Assembly (NCBI GenBank): GCA_963777605.1
Contig: CAVZRV010000029.1
Coordinates: 32,001-96,000, forward strand
From: an uncultured Acidobacteriota bacterium
Lineage (GTDB): Bacteria > Acidobacteriota > UBA6911 > RPQK01 > JAPXNP01
DNA: 64,000 nucleotides
Reading direction: 5' to 3'
Position 1 is the stretch's first letter, and the number at the start of each line of letters is the position of its first letter. The translations under genes and the position numbers were made by a program. Positions 10,702 to 22,140 of the stretch are shown one piece after another. The notes beneath the pieces are model-generated. The model was given only the letters and a program-made list of their open reading frames with translations. It was not told the origin of the DNA and ran no database searches.

Positions 10702-11708
10702 AAGAGAGCCCGCGTCGACTGATGGTGGTCGTGTTCATATTTTTCCTGGGAGCAGGACCGCGTTTTTCCATCGCAGGGGACTCGCGGATTGCTGGCTCCG
10801 CCGTTTCCGGCAACCCCGATTCCGGCTGCGCTGAAGGGACTCGGACGACTCCGGGAGGATCATCCCGGGCGGGCGCTGAGCCGGAAGTCCTGCCGTGCGA
10901 TGACACCGATGGGCAGGGCCGGGCAACTCCGACAAAGCACCGCTACAGCCTCTTGAACCCGACACCGCGTGACAGGATGCGGCCGATGTTTACTGATCGG
11001 CCCGACCAAACCGAGTCTCCGTACACAGTGGATGCGGGGCACTTCCAACTGGAGATGGATTTCATCAATGCAGTGTTCACTCGCCATGCGTCGTCGAGAA
11101 CAGAGGACCGCAGCATTGCGCCTGTAAATCTCAAGCTCGGGCTCTGGAACAATGTGGATATCCAGTTCGTGCTCGATACCTACTCCTACTCCCGGATCAC
11201 TGACCGTGGCGCGGGTAGTGTGAACACCGCGTCCGGTTTCGGGGATGTGGCGACCCGCGTCAAGATCAACTTCTGGGGAAACGACGGCGGGAGGACCGCA
11301 TTTGGGATGATGCCCTTCGTCAAATGGCCGTTACCCGTGTCAGACCTGCGCAACGGAAGGACCGAAGGCGGCATCATCTTTCCTTTGGCCGTAGAACTGG
11401 CAGAGGGGTGGGACCTGGGTGCCCAGACGGCGATCGGCCTGGTGCGAAGCCCCGGCAACGATGGTTACGACAAAGCGTTCATAAACTCGCTGACTGTCGG
11501 GCATGCCCTGACCGATGGGTTCGGGATGTATGTCGAGTTCTTCACAGTGACCGGCTCCCAACTGGAGTTTGACTGGCAGGGACAGGTGGATGTCGGCGGA
11601 ACCTATGCTTTGGGAGAGAACCTCCAGCTTGATGCCGGCTGCAATTTTGGGGTCACGGATTCCGCGCCGGACTTCAATCCTTTCGCGGGCCTTTCCTGGC
11701 GCTTCTGA
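10698..11708 (+). CDS. outer-membrane beta-barrel transporter (Phenol_MetA_deg/SphA-like)
   Basis: GTG overlapping the feoB stop, signal-like N-terminus, [21 protein letters not shown] motif, C-terminal GLSWRF. Confidence 0.8.
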   Translation: MKESPRRLMVVVFIFFLGAGPRFSIAGDSRIAGSAVSGNPDSGCAEGTRTTPGGSSRAGAEPEVLPCDDTDGQGRATPTKHRYSLLNPTPRDRMRPMFTDRPDQTESPYTVDAGHFQLEMDFINAVFTRHASSRTEDRSIAPVNLKLGLWNNVDIQFVLDTYSYSRITDRGAGSVNTASGFGDVATRVKINFWGNDGGRTAFGMMPFVKWPLPVSDLRNGRTEGGIIFPLAVELAEGWDLGAQTAIGLVRSPGNDGYDKAFINSLTVGHALTDGFGMYVEFFTVTGSQLEFDWQGQVDVGGTYALGENLQLDAGCNFGVTDSAPDFNPFAGLSWRF

Positions 11709-11999
11709 ACCTCCATTTTGGATAAATTGGAGAACCTGGAGCGCAAAACGACGCCAAGAAATTGAAAGCCACTACCGTTGACTGTAATTCAGCGACTAGT
11801 GCCCAGAAAATCGACTACACACCCCTTCCTTGACTGTCTTCCTCCATGGGCGTACAAAGGTTACAAGCTCTCTAAAGTAAGACCTTTCTATTAACTTAAG
11901 TCAACCCCCGAAGCGGCACAGGTCTCCGCTTGAGTCGCCGGCTGTTTGAGAACGACAGCCGACAGAAGGGGTGTGGTTCACTCCACAAAGGAGGATGGC

Positions 12000-12734
12000 A
12001 TGGCGACGGTGACCGAGATCGCACCCGATTTATACCGAATTTCAGTCTACGCTGCTTGGGCGAACCTTCAGTTCAATCACTTTCTCGTCAAAGATGACGA
12101 ACCCCTGCTCTTTCACACGGGGCTGCGCGGGATGTTTCAGGAAATCCGTGAAGCTGTCTCGACGGTGATCAAGCCGTCTGAACTGCGCGCGATCAGTTTC
12201 AGCCACTTCGAATCGGACGAATGCGGGGCACTGAATGAATGGCTTACGGTTGCTCCCGATGCCGAGGTGGTCTGTAGTGATCTGGGCGCCCTGGTGAGCG
12301 TCAACGACTTCATCGGCCGTCCCGCACGCGGGCTGGAAGACGGAGGAACCTTTTCCACCGGCAAGTATCGGTACCGCTTCTGTCGAACGCCGCATTTGCC
12401 GCACGGATGGGATGCCGGCGTTTTGTTCGAAGAGACGCAGAAGACGCTGCTCTGCTCGGACCTGTTCCACCAGGTAGGAGACCTGGAGCCGCTTACTGAA
12501 TCGGATGTAGTTGGACGATCCTACCAGTCAATGAAAGAGTACCAGGCGGGAATCCTGGCGGACTACATACCCCACACTCCGCTCACTTCACGAAACCTCA
12601 AGAAGTTGGCCGACCTCAAGCCCGAATTGCTCGCCGTTATGCACGGTTCGAGTTTCAGAGGGAACTGCCAGCAAGCCTTGCAGGACTTGGACCTGGCGAT
12701 CCGGGAAGTATTTGGTTCCGAGGAAATCGAGTAA
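12000..12734 (+). CDS. MBL-fold protein, FprA/ODP-like di-iron domain without flavodoxin
   Basis: [27 protein letters not shown]; AAGGAGG RBS. Confidence 0.85.
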   Translation: MATVTEIAPDLYRISVYAAWANLQFNHFLVKDDEPLLFHTGLRGMFQEIREAVSTVIKPSELRAISFSHFESDECGALNEWLTVAPDAEVVCSDLGALVSVNDFIGRPARGLEDGGTFSTGKYRYRFCRTPHLPHGWDAGVLFEETQKTLLCSDLFHQVGDLEPLTESDVVGRSYQSMKEYQAGILADYIPHTPLTSRNLKKLADLKPELLAVMHGSSFRGNCQQALQDLDLAIREVFGSEEIE

Positions 12735-12747
12735 TGATCGTAGTGCG

Positions 12748-12948
12748 GTGGGCTTGCCACCGTATGTACCCAGCCTGGTGAACCAGGACGATATCAAGTT
12801 GCTCAAAGACGCCGGCTGGAACCAACGTGAAATCTGGGAGATCTCCGCCCTGGCCTCATTCTTTAACTTTAGCGGGCGGCTGGAGGCAGCGTCTGGGCTG
12901 CCTCCAGACGAAATCCCGGAAGGTGCCAAGTTCGCCGAGGCCGGGTAG
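12748..12948 (+). pseudogene. C-terminal fragment of an AhpD/CMD peroxidase-related protein
   Basis: PSLVNQDDIKLLKDAGWNQREIWEISALASFFNFSGRLEAASG resembles AhpD-like C-terminal helices; no CxxC-bearing N-terminal part. Confidence 0.55.
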
Positions 12949-13022
12949 ACGTAGGACCTCCCCGAAGCCGCTGTGATGTTCGCAGTTGTCCTGTTCGTCC
13001 AGATGACAGCGCCTGGACGGGC

Positions 13023-14690
13023 TCAGGGGACCTCGGGGCGGGTCCCGGTCGGGATCGCCAGCAGGCTACCGTCGGCCAACTTCTGAATCAGTGCCGTCAC
13101 GGCCACCAGCCGATCGTCGGAGGTCAAAATGCTCAAGGTTCCACGAAATGATTCAACTCCGGCCAGGAAGTCCCCGAACAGGGAGGCGTCCGTGACATAG
13201 ACGGCCCTCTGTTCTCGAGGAGCCAACTCAATCGAACGGGTGCCTTGAAGGGTCCCCTCGTGATCGAACAATGCGAAGTTGAGCGTTACAAGCTGGTCGG
13301 CGTCGGGGTTGCTGATGGCAACACCGGTATTTTCCGCCGAGTCTACCGAAACATAGACCTGGTGACGGCTTTCCAATGCGGCGGCCGGTACCGAGACCAT
13401 ACTGCCGAGGACATCGAAGACTTCGGCTCCCTCCAGTTGACCCCAGGCGGCCAGACTGGAAGTCACCTCGACGGGACCCGAAAGCAGCTCTCCCTGGCCG
13501 TCGGTCACGATGTCGAGAGTCCCCCAGGGCGCGATCGTAAAGGGATGGCTTTCACTCGTAGAGCCCCCGATCGAAACAGCATGGGGGGTACCGGCAGTGT
13601 CCCGAAACGTGACGCTCCCTTCCTGGGCCTGCGAGCCTGCGTTGCGGAGTATGACGCGGGTACGGTTTCGGACCGCACCGGTTTGTCCGGAGACGTACTG
13701 GGGAAAGATGAGGGCCGGCGGAGTCGTCAGAACCAGGATCCGTTCCTTTTGTGTCAAATAAACAAAGTCGTCCCGGACAGCGGTCCCGTGAGGCAAACCG
13801 TCATGCTGCGATCCTCCGGCGCTGAAAGCCAGGACCTGCTCGAGCCTGCGGTTGGCAACGCGGAAAACCCGGCCGTTGGTCAGGAGGTAGCCGCAGACAG
13901 CCTTCGCTGCCCGCGCGGAGGCGACCTGGCCGTCGACTTCCGTGGGGAGCGTGGGGTCAGCGAGTTCGTAAAGCCGAATATGGCTGGTTTCGAACGCGAT
14001 TAACTGGCCGTCGATGACCGCAAGATGATAGGCGACATCCTCCGAGTCGATCAGCCGGGTGGTCGTCAATTCGGAAGGGTCGGAGGCATCGATGACCCTG
14101 ATTCGGGAGCTTTGAGAGGCTGAGATATATTCTGAGACATAAACCGCCTCGCCGCCGCCGGCAACGGAGAATCCGGTCCAACCTTCCAGGGTAATGCTGT
14201 CGAGCAGCTCGGGCTGAGACGAATCGGCAAGTGAAAAGAGGGCGAACATGTCGTTGCCGGCGATGTAAAGCAGCATTCCGTCCGAGACTGCGTTGCGGAT
14301 CCTACCGGGTGTTGAAACGGTCCGCAGGAAGACGGGGTTGCCCGCCTCGCTGATGTCGTAGACTGAGATGCCGTATTCAAGGACGTAAAGGAAGTCCCCA
14401 TTGCGGAGCAGGGTAGACCCGCCCGCTTCCTCGATACAACCAACCGGCTCGTCGATGCTCGCAAACGCCCCTTCCCTGGAAAGCCCCTGCAGGTCAAAAA
14501 CGAAGAGGGTCCTCCAGCTGGTTGCGCCGTAGACGTAGCCGTCCTTTTCTTCCACGCTGCGAAAGCTCGCCTCGTCAGGAAGGTTGATTTCGGCGCGCGG
14601 ATCGAACTGACCCTGAAGCCAGGAAGTCGTCATCAGGATGACCATCGTGGCCGGACCACCCAACATTCGGAACAATTGACGGTTCTGCAT
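13023..14690 (-). CDS. exported LVIVD-repeat beta-propeller protein with C-terminal beta-sandwich domain
   Basis: repeats YDISEAGNPV, FSLADSSQPE, IDASDPSEL, YELADPTLP; C-terminal LIFPQYVSG...NTGVAISNP. Confidence 0.7.
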   Translation of the reverse strand: MQNRQLFRMLGGPATMVILMTTSWLQGQFDPRAEINLPDEASFRSVEEKDGYVYGATSWRTLFVFDLQGLSREGAFASIDEPVGCIEEAGGSTLLRNGDFLYVLEYGISVYDISEAGNPVFLRTVSTPGRIRNAVSDGMLLYIAGNDMFALFSLADSSQPELLDSITLEGWTGFSVAGGGEAVYVSEYISASQSSRIRVIDASDPSELTTTRLIDSEDVAYHLAVIDGQLIAFETSHIRLYELADPTLPTEVDGQVASARAAKAVCGYLLTNGRVFRVANRRLEQVLAFSAGGSQHDGLPHGTAVRDDFVYLTQKERILVLTTPPALIFPQYVSGQTGAVRNRTRVILRNAGSQAQEGSVTFRDTAGTPHAVSIGGSTSESHPFTIAPWGTLDIVTDGQGELLSGPVEVTSSLAAWGQLEGAEVFDVLGSMVSVPAAALESRHQVYVSVDSAENTGVAISNPDADQLVTLNFALFDHEGTLQGTRSIELAPREQRAVYVTDASLFGDFLAGVESFRGTLSILTSDDRLVAVTALIQKLADGSLLAIPTGTRPEVP

Positions 14691-14836
14691 TTCGGGAACT
14701 CTCCCTTCCCCGGGGCCCTGCCCCGAGCATGAAATGGGCTGTTCCCGTGATTCTCTCTCAAGTTGCTTAATCTGTAAACAGTTGGGACGCCAAAGTGTTT
14801 GCCCGGTGGAGAATTCCGGCCACGCCCTCCCCACCC

Positions 14837-15307
14837 TTAGTCAACTTGCTCCATCCGGTGTCTGGCTGCCTGGGTCAAGCGTTCGAGAATTGCAACCAGT
14901 TGGGAAACAACATTCAATGGGACTTTGGCAAGAATTAACGCGTACTCCGACTTGAGCACCCCGACCATCTGGTCGTGTTTGGAACGGCCGGCAGGTGTCA
15001 GGTGAATCATCGACGCCCGGTGATTCTGCGGGTCAGGCCGCCGCTTGACCAGTCCCGATTCCTCCAATGAATCGACCAGGCGGCTGACGGTGCTCTTGTT
15101 GAGGTGCAGTTCCTCTCCAATCCGGGTGATCCAGCTGGGTCCGAGACGGGCAACTGCATCGAGCACATAAGCCTGCGAGGCCGTGATCCCGCTCATCCGG
15201 ATCTGATTTCGATCTCGAAACTGATACAGGCGCAGGAGGGCTGTCAGAGAGGAGTAGAAGCCATCGATCGGATCGTGGTCAACCGGTTGCCGCGAGTCGA
15301 TCTCCAT
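14837..15307 (-). CDS. MarR family transcriptional regulator
   Basis: GITASQAYVL, LNKSTVSRLVDSLEESGLVKRRPDPQNHR..LTPAG. Confidence 0.9.
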   Translation of the reverse strand: MEIDSRQPVDHDPIDGFYSSLTALLRLYQFRDRNQIRMSGITASQAYVLDAVARLGPSWITRIGEELHLNKSTVSRLVDSLEESGLVKRRPDPQNHRASMIHLTPAGRSKHDQMVGVLKSEYALILAKVPLNVVSQLVAILERLTQAARHRMEQVD

Positions 15308-15320
15308 AATCCGCAATATA

Positions 15321-15391
15321 TCAGTTGCCTCTTGCAACTGAAACGTTTGCCGGTTAGAGTAATTGCATCGTCAGTTGCATTCTGAAACTGA
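15321..15391. promoter_or_regulatory. two MarR-type operator palindromes
   Basis: TCAGTTGC-N5-GCAACTGA at 15321-15341 (perfect) and TCAGTTGC-N5-GAAACTGA at 15371-15391, between divergent marR and GNAT. Confidence 0.7.
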
Positions 15392-15404
15392 GAATTGAGC
15401 GGGT

Positions 15405-15944
15405 ATGGAGCCGAACGTGAAATCGGGGCTCGCAAGTGAAAACGTGCACGTCCGCAGTCACTGGATGCCGGGTGATTTCGGTCAGATCGTTCTTGCTCAC
15501 GCCCAAATCGTTGGATCGGAATGCGGGTTCGATGAGAGCTTCGAGCGCTACGTGGCAAGGGGCCTGCTTGAATTCGCAGAAGATCCGAATCGGGGCAACC
15601 GCTTCTGGCTGGTCGTCCAGGACAACCTTGTCAAAGGCTCGATCTTCCTTCACGTTCGCACTCCGGTTCTTGGTCAGATTCGCTGGTTCTGGCTTCACCC
15701 GCAGCTTCGGGGGCTCGGACTCGGGCGCCGCTTGCTTCACTTGCTGGTTGAAGAGTCGGGCCACCAGGATCTGGCCGGACTCTACCTCTGGACGGTTTCC
15801 GGGCTGGCGGCTTCGGCTCACCTGTATCGGGAGGCAGGGTTTCGTATTACCCACACGGAGCCAAGGAACCTTTGGGGGCGCGATGTGATTGAAGAGAAAC
15901 TCGAACTGAATTTTGGCGTGAAAGAAGAGAATGAGGTGGAATAG
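15405..15944 (+). CDS. GNAT family N-acetyltransferase
   Basis: RWFWLHPQLRGLGLGRRL acetyl-CoA motif; LWTVSGLAASAHLYREAGF. Confidence 0.88.
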   Translation: MEPNVKSGLASENVHVRSHWMPGDFGQIVLAHAQIVGSECGFDESFERYVARGLLEFAEDPNRGNRFWLVVQDNLVKGSIFLHVRTPVLGQIRWFWLHPQLRGLGLGRRLLHLLVEESGHQDLAGLYLWTVSGLAASAHLYREAGFRITHTEPRNLWGRDVIEEKLELNFGVKEENEVE

Positions 15945-16821
15945 CGGAACCCGGCTGATTGTCCTCCTGATCGGCCTCCTGGGCGGGTACAGTCTCCAGG
16001 CCGGCGTGAGCGGGGAACTCCAGATTGTGCCTTTTCACAGTTCCGTCTTTCACAACCAGCGGATGCTGCGGATATGGCTTCCTCCGGCTACCCGACCGAG
16101 GCGGAAGCCGGCCACTCGTACCCGGTCCTCTACCTGAACGACGGCCAGAACCTGTTCGATGCAGCCACTTCGATCTTCAGCGATAACGAATGGCAGGTCG
16201 GACGAGACCATGGCGGCATTGATCCGGGAAGGAAAGATTCCGCCCGCGATTGTCGTCGGCATCGACAATGCCGGCAAGCGAATGCGCCCGAACGAGTACC
16301 TGCCCTGGGAAGACATCTACCTCCAGCCCCCGGTTCCGGAACCGCATGGAGAGCTTTACCCCACGTTCCTTCTTGACGAGGTCCTGCCATTTGTCGAAGG
16401 CCGGTACCGGGTCCGCAGCGACCCGGCGGGCCGCTTGCTGGGAGGGTCCTCTTACGGTGCGCTCATCGCGCTTTTCACCGTGTTGTCCAGCCCCGGCAAA
16501 TTCGGGATGGTGCTGCTTGAAAGCCCTTCCTTCTACGTTGACGACGCAAAGGTCCTGACCCTGAGCCGGCAGTCGAAGACGTGGCCCGCAGCGGTCTACC
16601 TGGGCGTGGGGACTCACGAGGGCCGCTCTTCCTGTGATGAAGCGGAGAACCGGGAGGCGGTCGATGACGTCCGCCGCCTGGAAGGGATCATTCTCAAGAA
16701 CGCCCCTGGGACCCGGCTCAAGGTCGTTGTCGAAAAGTGCGGAATGCACAACGAGGAGGCCTATGGCCGCCGCCTCCCGGCCGCCCTTCGGTTTCTCCTG
16801 GGGCGAAGTCCTCAACCGTGA
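15931..16821 (+). CDS. exported alpha/beta hydrolase esterase, IroE/Fes-like (frameshifts near 16085 and 16197)
   Basis: RIWLPP / YPVLYLNDGQNLF / IVVGIDN, GGSSYGA nucleophile elbow, HNE. Confidence 0.8.
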
Positions 16822-17073
16822 TGTCGGCATCCGACGACGTCGGGTTGCAGAAGGCCTCGCCCGGTGCAGAGCGGATTCTGCACTGGCCGGCTGGCCGAAG
16901 GTGGACTCCTCCAGGCCCGAGTTCCTTATCCCCGGTAGGAAATTCCCCAACTGGGCGGTACAGGAATCTCCAATAATTCTGTACGTGGCAGACGCCGATA
17001 TTTTTACGTGTGTCATCGAGCCGGCCAGCTTCGGAGCCGACAACCAGCGTCTCAATGGGAAAAGGAGTAGAAA

Positions 17074-19151
17074 ATGGCCACTGTAGCCAGGGTTTCAGTC
17101 GATTCTAGTCATCAAGGTGTGGTGGATGCCATCAATCGCGTTCAGGCGATGATCGAGTTCAGTCCGGACGGGACCGTGCTTACCGCCAACCAGATCTTCC
17201 TGGACCTGATGGGGTACGAACTGGATGAGCTTGAGGGTAGGCATCACCGAACATTTTGCGAAGACTCCTTTGTCAGGAGCCCTGCTTATAAGGCCTTTTG
17301 GAAGAAATTGAACAGCGGCGAGCCGGACCAGGGCAAGTACAAGCGGATCACCAAGGATGGAAGCGAGGTCTGGTTGCAGGCTTCCTACAACCCGGTGTTC
17401 GACCAGGCGGGCAAGCTGACGAGAGTGGTCAAGTTCGCGACCGATGTGACCGCAGAGAGCCTGGCTTCCTCCGAGGCACAGGGGAAGCTGGCTGCGATCG
17501 ACAAGGTCCAGGCCACGATCGAGTTCGACCTCAAGGGAAATGTAATTACCGCCAACGAGGGGTTTCTGAAGTGCCTGGGCTACGAGTTGGACGAGATTCG
17601 TGGTCAGCACCACTCCATGTTCTGCGAGGCCGACTACGTGAAGAGCCCCGCCTACAAAGCGTTCTGGGACAAGCTGAACCGGGGCGAATACGACTCGGGC
17701 GAGTACAAGCGGATCGGGAAGAATGGCAAAGAAGTCTGGATACAGGCTTCCTACAACCCGATCCTGAACCAGGAGGGGGTCCCCTTCAAAGTCGTCAAGT
17801 TCGCTACGGACGTGACCGAGCAGAAACTCCGCAACGCGGAATTCGAAGGTACCGTGGCGGCCATCGACAAGGCGCAGGGTCTATTGAGTTCAACCTGGAC
17901 GGCACCGTAATCTCCGCCAACGACAATTTTCTGAATGCGCTTGGCTACAGCCTGAGCGAGATCCAGGGCCGCCACCACCGCATGTTCTGCGAGGACAATT
18001 ACACTCGAAGCAACGAATACATGCAGTTCTGGGCCAAGCTGAACCGGGGCGACCACGACGCCGGACGCTACCTGCGAATCGGAAAAGGGGGACGGGAAGT
18101 CTGGATTCAGGCGAGCTATAACCCGATCTTCGATCTCAACAAGAAACCTTACAAAGTCGTCAAGTTTGCTACTGACATCACCGAGCAGGTACGACTCGAG
18201 CAGGAAGTGAAGCGGAAGGCCGAGGAAGACCAGAAAAACGCGGAGGAGCTGAAGCGCAAAGTTGATCTCCTGCTCTCCGTCGTCAACGCGGCAGCGAGCG
18301 GGGATCTCACCCAGAAAGTCACGGTTTCCGGTGATGACGCCGTCGGAAAGCTGGCAGCCGGCGTCGAGAACATGGTCGGCGACCTCCGCAAGGTCGTTGC
18401 CGAGGTAGTCCAGGCATCAACGGTATTCAACGAGCAGGCCGATTCCATCGCGAACGGAGCCAATCAGGTCGCCAACGGGTCCCAGAACCTGGGCGCAACG
18501 ATCGAAGAGATGACGGCGTCGGTCGAAGAGTTGACGGCGTCGATTGGGGCCATCGCGGAAAGCGGCCGGGGAGCGGATGCCCTCGCGAAGGAGGCCTCGG
18601 AAGAGGCTAACAGCGGTGCCGAGGCGATTCGGGAATCGGTCGAAGCAATGGACCTGATCAACAAGTCCTCAGAAGAGATCAGTGAAATCACCAAGGTGAT
18701 CAGCGAAATCGCCAGCCAGACCAACCTGCTCGCCTTCAACGCAGCGATCGAAGCGGCCAGGGCCGGCCAGCACGGCCTCGGTTTCGCGGTCGTGGCGGAC
18801 GAAGTCCGTAAGTTGGCGGAACGTTCGTCGCAGGCAGCCAAGGAGATCACCAAGCTCATCAACGAATCGACCAAACGGATCAAGAAGGGAAGCGAAGTTT
18901 CACAGGAAGCCGGCAAGGCCTTCAAGAAGATCGTCAAGGCCGTCGAGTCGACTGCCGAGGCGATTACCCAGATTGCCAGCGCAAGTGAGGAACAGTCCCA
19001 TGCCGCAGACGAGGTGAGTACCGGAATTCAGAATGTTTCGGAAGGGATCGAGAACTCGGCCAACGCCAGTGGCCAGATCGCCCAGGGATCGGACGAACTG
19101 GCATCTCAGGCGAAACAGCTCCAGCAGATGGTCAGCCGATTCAAGGTCTAG
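17074..19151 (+). CDS. soluble methyl-accepting chemotaxis protein with three PAS domains (frameshift near 17880)
   Basis: three IEF..DG/KG...AN..FL...GY...HH.FC...W.QASYNP repeats; [37 protein letters not shown] hairpin tip; no TM segment. Confidence 0.9.
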
Positions 19152-19160
19152 GGGCAAGCC

Positions 19161-20003
19161 GTGAATGTTGTCGAAGAAAAGGTCTTGTCGGATGAGGTTC
19201 TGGCCCGGCTCATCCAATGCGTTTACCGCTACACCGGGATCACGCTCACGGTCAAGAAACGATCTCTCCTGCAGGGGAGGCTGACTCGAAGGCTCAGCGA
19301 GCTCGGGCTCAGATCATTCACGGAGTACGCGGATTACCTGAGTTCACCTACGGTTGGTGGCGACGAGGTCCAGGTCTTTATTGACGCCGTCACCACCAAC
19401 CTCACTTCCTTCTTTCGGACGCCGCAGATCTGGACCCACTTCCTTCGGAGGATTCTGCCCGACTGGCACCAGCTTGGCCAGAACCGGCCGATCCGGATCT
19501 GGTCGGCGGCGGCGGCGTCCGGACAGGAGCCCTACAGCATCGCGATGATGTGCGACGATTTCGCGCGGCGGACACCCGCCTTCTCCTGGAACCTGCTGGC
19601 ATCGGACATTTCCACGGCAATGCTTGCCACGGCCCGGGCCGGGCGTTACCCCTCGTCCCAGATGACCCAGATCTCGCGGGGGGCGGCGTTCTGCAACCTG
19701 CAGCGCTATTTCCAGAACGAGGAAGGCTTCCTGACGGTACGGCCCGAGTTGAAGAAGCGGATAGAGTTCAGGCGTCACCACCTGTTTGAACGAATTTCGG
19801 ATTCGCCCTTTGACGTAGTCTTCCTCCGCAATGTGCTGATCTACTTCTCTCCTGAAGACCGGAGCCGGGTCCTGGACCGGGTCTTCGAGGCCATAGTTCC
19901 CGGCGGGACGATCATTGTGGGGGAAACGGAGACTCTGCTCAACCGGCCGCAGTTCAAGTACGTCCGACCGTCGATCTACACCAAGCTGAGAGAGGCGGCT
20001 TGA
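19161..20003 (+). CDS. cheR: chemotaxis methyltransferase CheR
   Basis: TTNLTSFFR, IWSAAAASGQEPYSIAM, FLRNVLIYF. Confidence 0.93.
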   Translation: MNVVEEKVLSDEVLARLIQCVYRYTGITLTVKKRSLLQGRLTRRLSELGLRSFTEYADYLSSPTVGGDEVQVFIDAVTTNLTSFFRTPQIWTHFLRRILPDWHQLGQNRPIRIWSAAAASGQEPYSIAMMCDDFARRTPAFSWNLLASDISTAMLATARAGRYPSSQMTQISRGAAFCNLQRYFQNEEGFLTVRPELKKRIEFRRHHLFERISDSPFDVVFLRNVLIYFSPEDRSRVLDRVFEAIVPGGTIIVGETETLLNRPQFKYVRPSIYTKLREAA

Positions 20004-20531
20004 ATGGCGACTATCCACGTCAACATCGGAGAGGTCAAGGTCGCTCGACGGGGGTGCCTCAAGGCTACTCTCGGATCCTGTGTCGGAATCGGTCTCTTCT
20101 ATCCTGACAAGCAGATCTTTGGACTCGCCCATGTCCTGCTACCCAGGGAACTGGGAACCGTCACGGGAGTAAACGACACGCGGGAAGCTGGAGCAGCGAT
20201 TCAAACCCTTTTGAAAAGGATGCGGATAGAGAAGGATACGATCCGGCACATCTCGGGCGGTCTTCGCCGGGGGGGCCAACATGTTTCCGGGAAATCACCG
20301 CCTTCATGACGTGGGCCGGGAGAACGTGGAGGCCGTAGCCGGACACTAAGAGAACTCAGGATCAAGCTGTTGGCCAAGGACGTGTTGGGAACGCGGGCCC
20401 GCTCAATCGCGATTGACGCCGACGAAGGACGAGCGAGAAGTTGGTTCGTGACCGAATCTGATCGGGGGCGTCCCGCTCAGGTCAATCTGGATATTGCTTT
20501 GAGGTCGATACGAGAGGTTTGTAATGTCTAA
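20004..20531 (+). CDS. cheD: chemoreceptor glutamine deamidase CheD (frameshifts near 20252 and 20340)
   Basis: TLGSCVGI, GLAHVLLP; other frames continue with FAGGANMF, VGRENVEA and KDVLGTRARSI. Confidence 0.8.
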
Positions 20532-22122
20532 GAAAGAGGTTTCGCCGGGGGGAGTTGAACAGTCGGCACTTTACGGGACCTTCTTCCTGGGGGGAGAAGA
20601 GTTTTGTATCCGCGTAAGCGATGTTCGGGAGGTCGTGCCGATTCCTCCGCTGATCGTGAAGGTCCCCCTGACTCCCGGTTATGTCGAAGGAGTATTCAAC
20701 CTCAGGGCCGAAATTATTCCGATTCTCAACCTCAAGAAGATCTTGCGAATGGAGGACACAACGATCCTTTCATCCGGGCGGGTGGCGATCGTGGATTGCA
20801 ACGGTGCCTGGCTCGGAGTGCTCTTCGATTCAACCGGCGAAGTCCTGAGCGTCTCAAATCGTGAGATTTCGACCCTTAAGCATGGAAAAGCGGAGGAGGC
20901 ACAGGTCATCGAGGGCATCGTGAGACTCGAAGATGGCGAACGGGTGCTTCAGTTGGTCTGTGCTGACCTGATCGCGAAGTTGGAGTCGGTGCCGCACCTA
21001 TCCAGGCAGGACCATGCCGAATCGGCGCGGGACGTTGGTCTCCAGGCGGAGGAAGAGTTGACCAAAGCCATCTCGTTCGAGGTGGACGGTACGGAGTTCG
21101 CCATCGAGATGGAACATATCCTGGAAATTATCCAGGTGCCGAAACTGACCAGTCAGCGCGCCTTGCACAAGAATGGCCTCGGTGTGGTGGTTTCCAGGGG
21201 TAATCTGATCTCGGTTCTGGACTTTCGTTCCGCTATGGGCGGGGACAAGAGTGCCGTGACTCCCGAGAAGCGGCTGCTCGTGGCGACCGTGGACGGACGT
21301 TCGTGTGGCCTTTTGGTCGATCGAATTCGTGAGGTTGTGAGGTTCCGCCCGAGTAATCTGCGGCCCCTGCCGCCACTCAAGGATCACATTCGGCGTCACT
21401 GTTTCAAAGGCTTTGTCCTCGAGAAGGAACGCACCATCCTTCTGCTCGACGCTGCCCGATTTCTGAACGAAGATGAAATCCTGGAAGTCCTGGAAAGCGA
21501 TCAGCGAATGGCGGACGAGCGCAAGTCCCAGGAAACGGTCGAGACGGAAAAAAGCATATACGAGAACCGGGTATTCATCGTCTTCACACTGGAGAACCGC
21601 TCGCGGTCGACATCCTTGACGTCCGGGAAATCATCGATCATCCGGTGAACTCGTGAAACCTTGGGTTACGGCGGCACCATCGCTGGGGTACACAACCTGC
21701 GAGGAACCGTCGTCCCCATCATCGACATGCGGCAGGAGTACCAGTTGGAGCCATTCGCGAACCCGGCCGAGTCGAAGATCCTGGTGGTCGGAGATGACGA
21801 AGAACTGTACGGTCTCCAGGTTGATGGCGTCGACGACATCCTGAAGATGCAGGGCAAGAAGACGATTGCCATGCCGCGGAGTCTCACCCGGATCTCGAAG
21901 GAGCTTCACTCTGACATCCAGGACTGTCTCGAAGTCAGCACGGACAGCGGCGACAAGAAGCTGCTGCTCTTCTACAACGTAAAGAACTTCATTTCACGGC
22001 TTTCGGTCGTCACGCCGGAACTGGAGTCGCTCAAGGATTCCGGTTTCGAGAACGCGGCGGCCTTATTGCCGGCGGCGTCCGGGACACTAGACGCCGAACT
22101 CGGTTCGGCGAAGATCCACTGA
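20524..22122 (+). CDS. cheW: CheW protein with three tandem CheW domains (frameshifts near 21600-21660)
   Basis: GVFNLRAEIIPILNL; GVVVSRGNLISVLDF; GVHNLRGTVVPIIDM. Confidence 0.82.
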
Positions 22123-22140
22123 CACCGGCTTCGAGTCACG

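Noticed and set aside
11870-11905. Rrf2-like operator upstream of the MBL gene
   Set aside because: AT-rich but only about half of the positions are symmetric, and no cognate regulator is nearby.
17875-17885. Programmed ribosomal frameshift in the MCP
   Set aside because: No slippery heptamer or stimulatory structure; an assembly indel is simpler.
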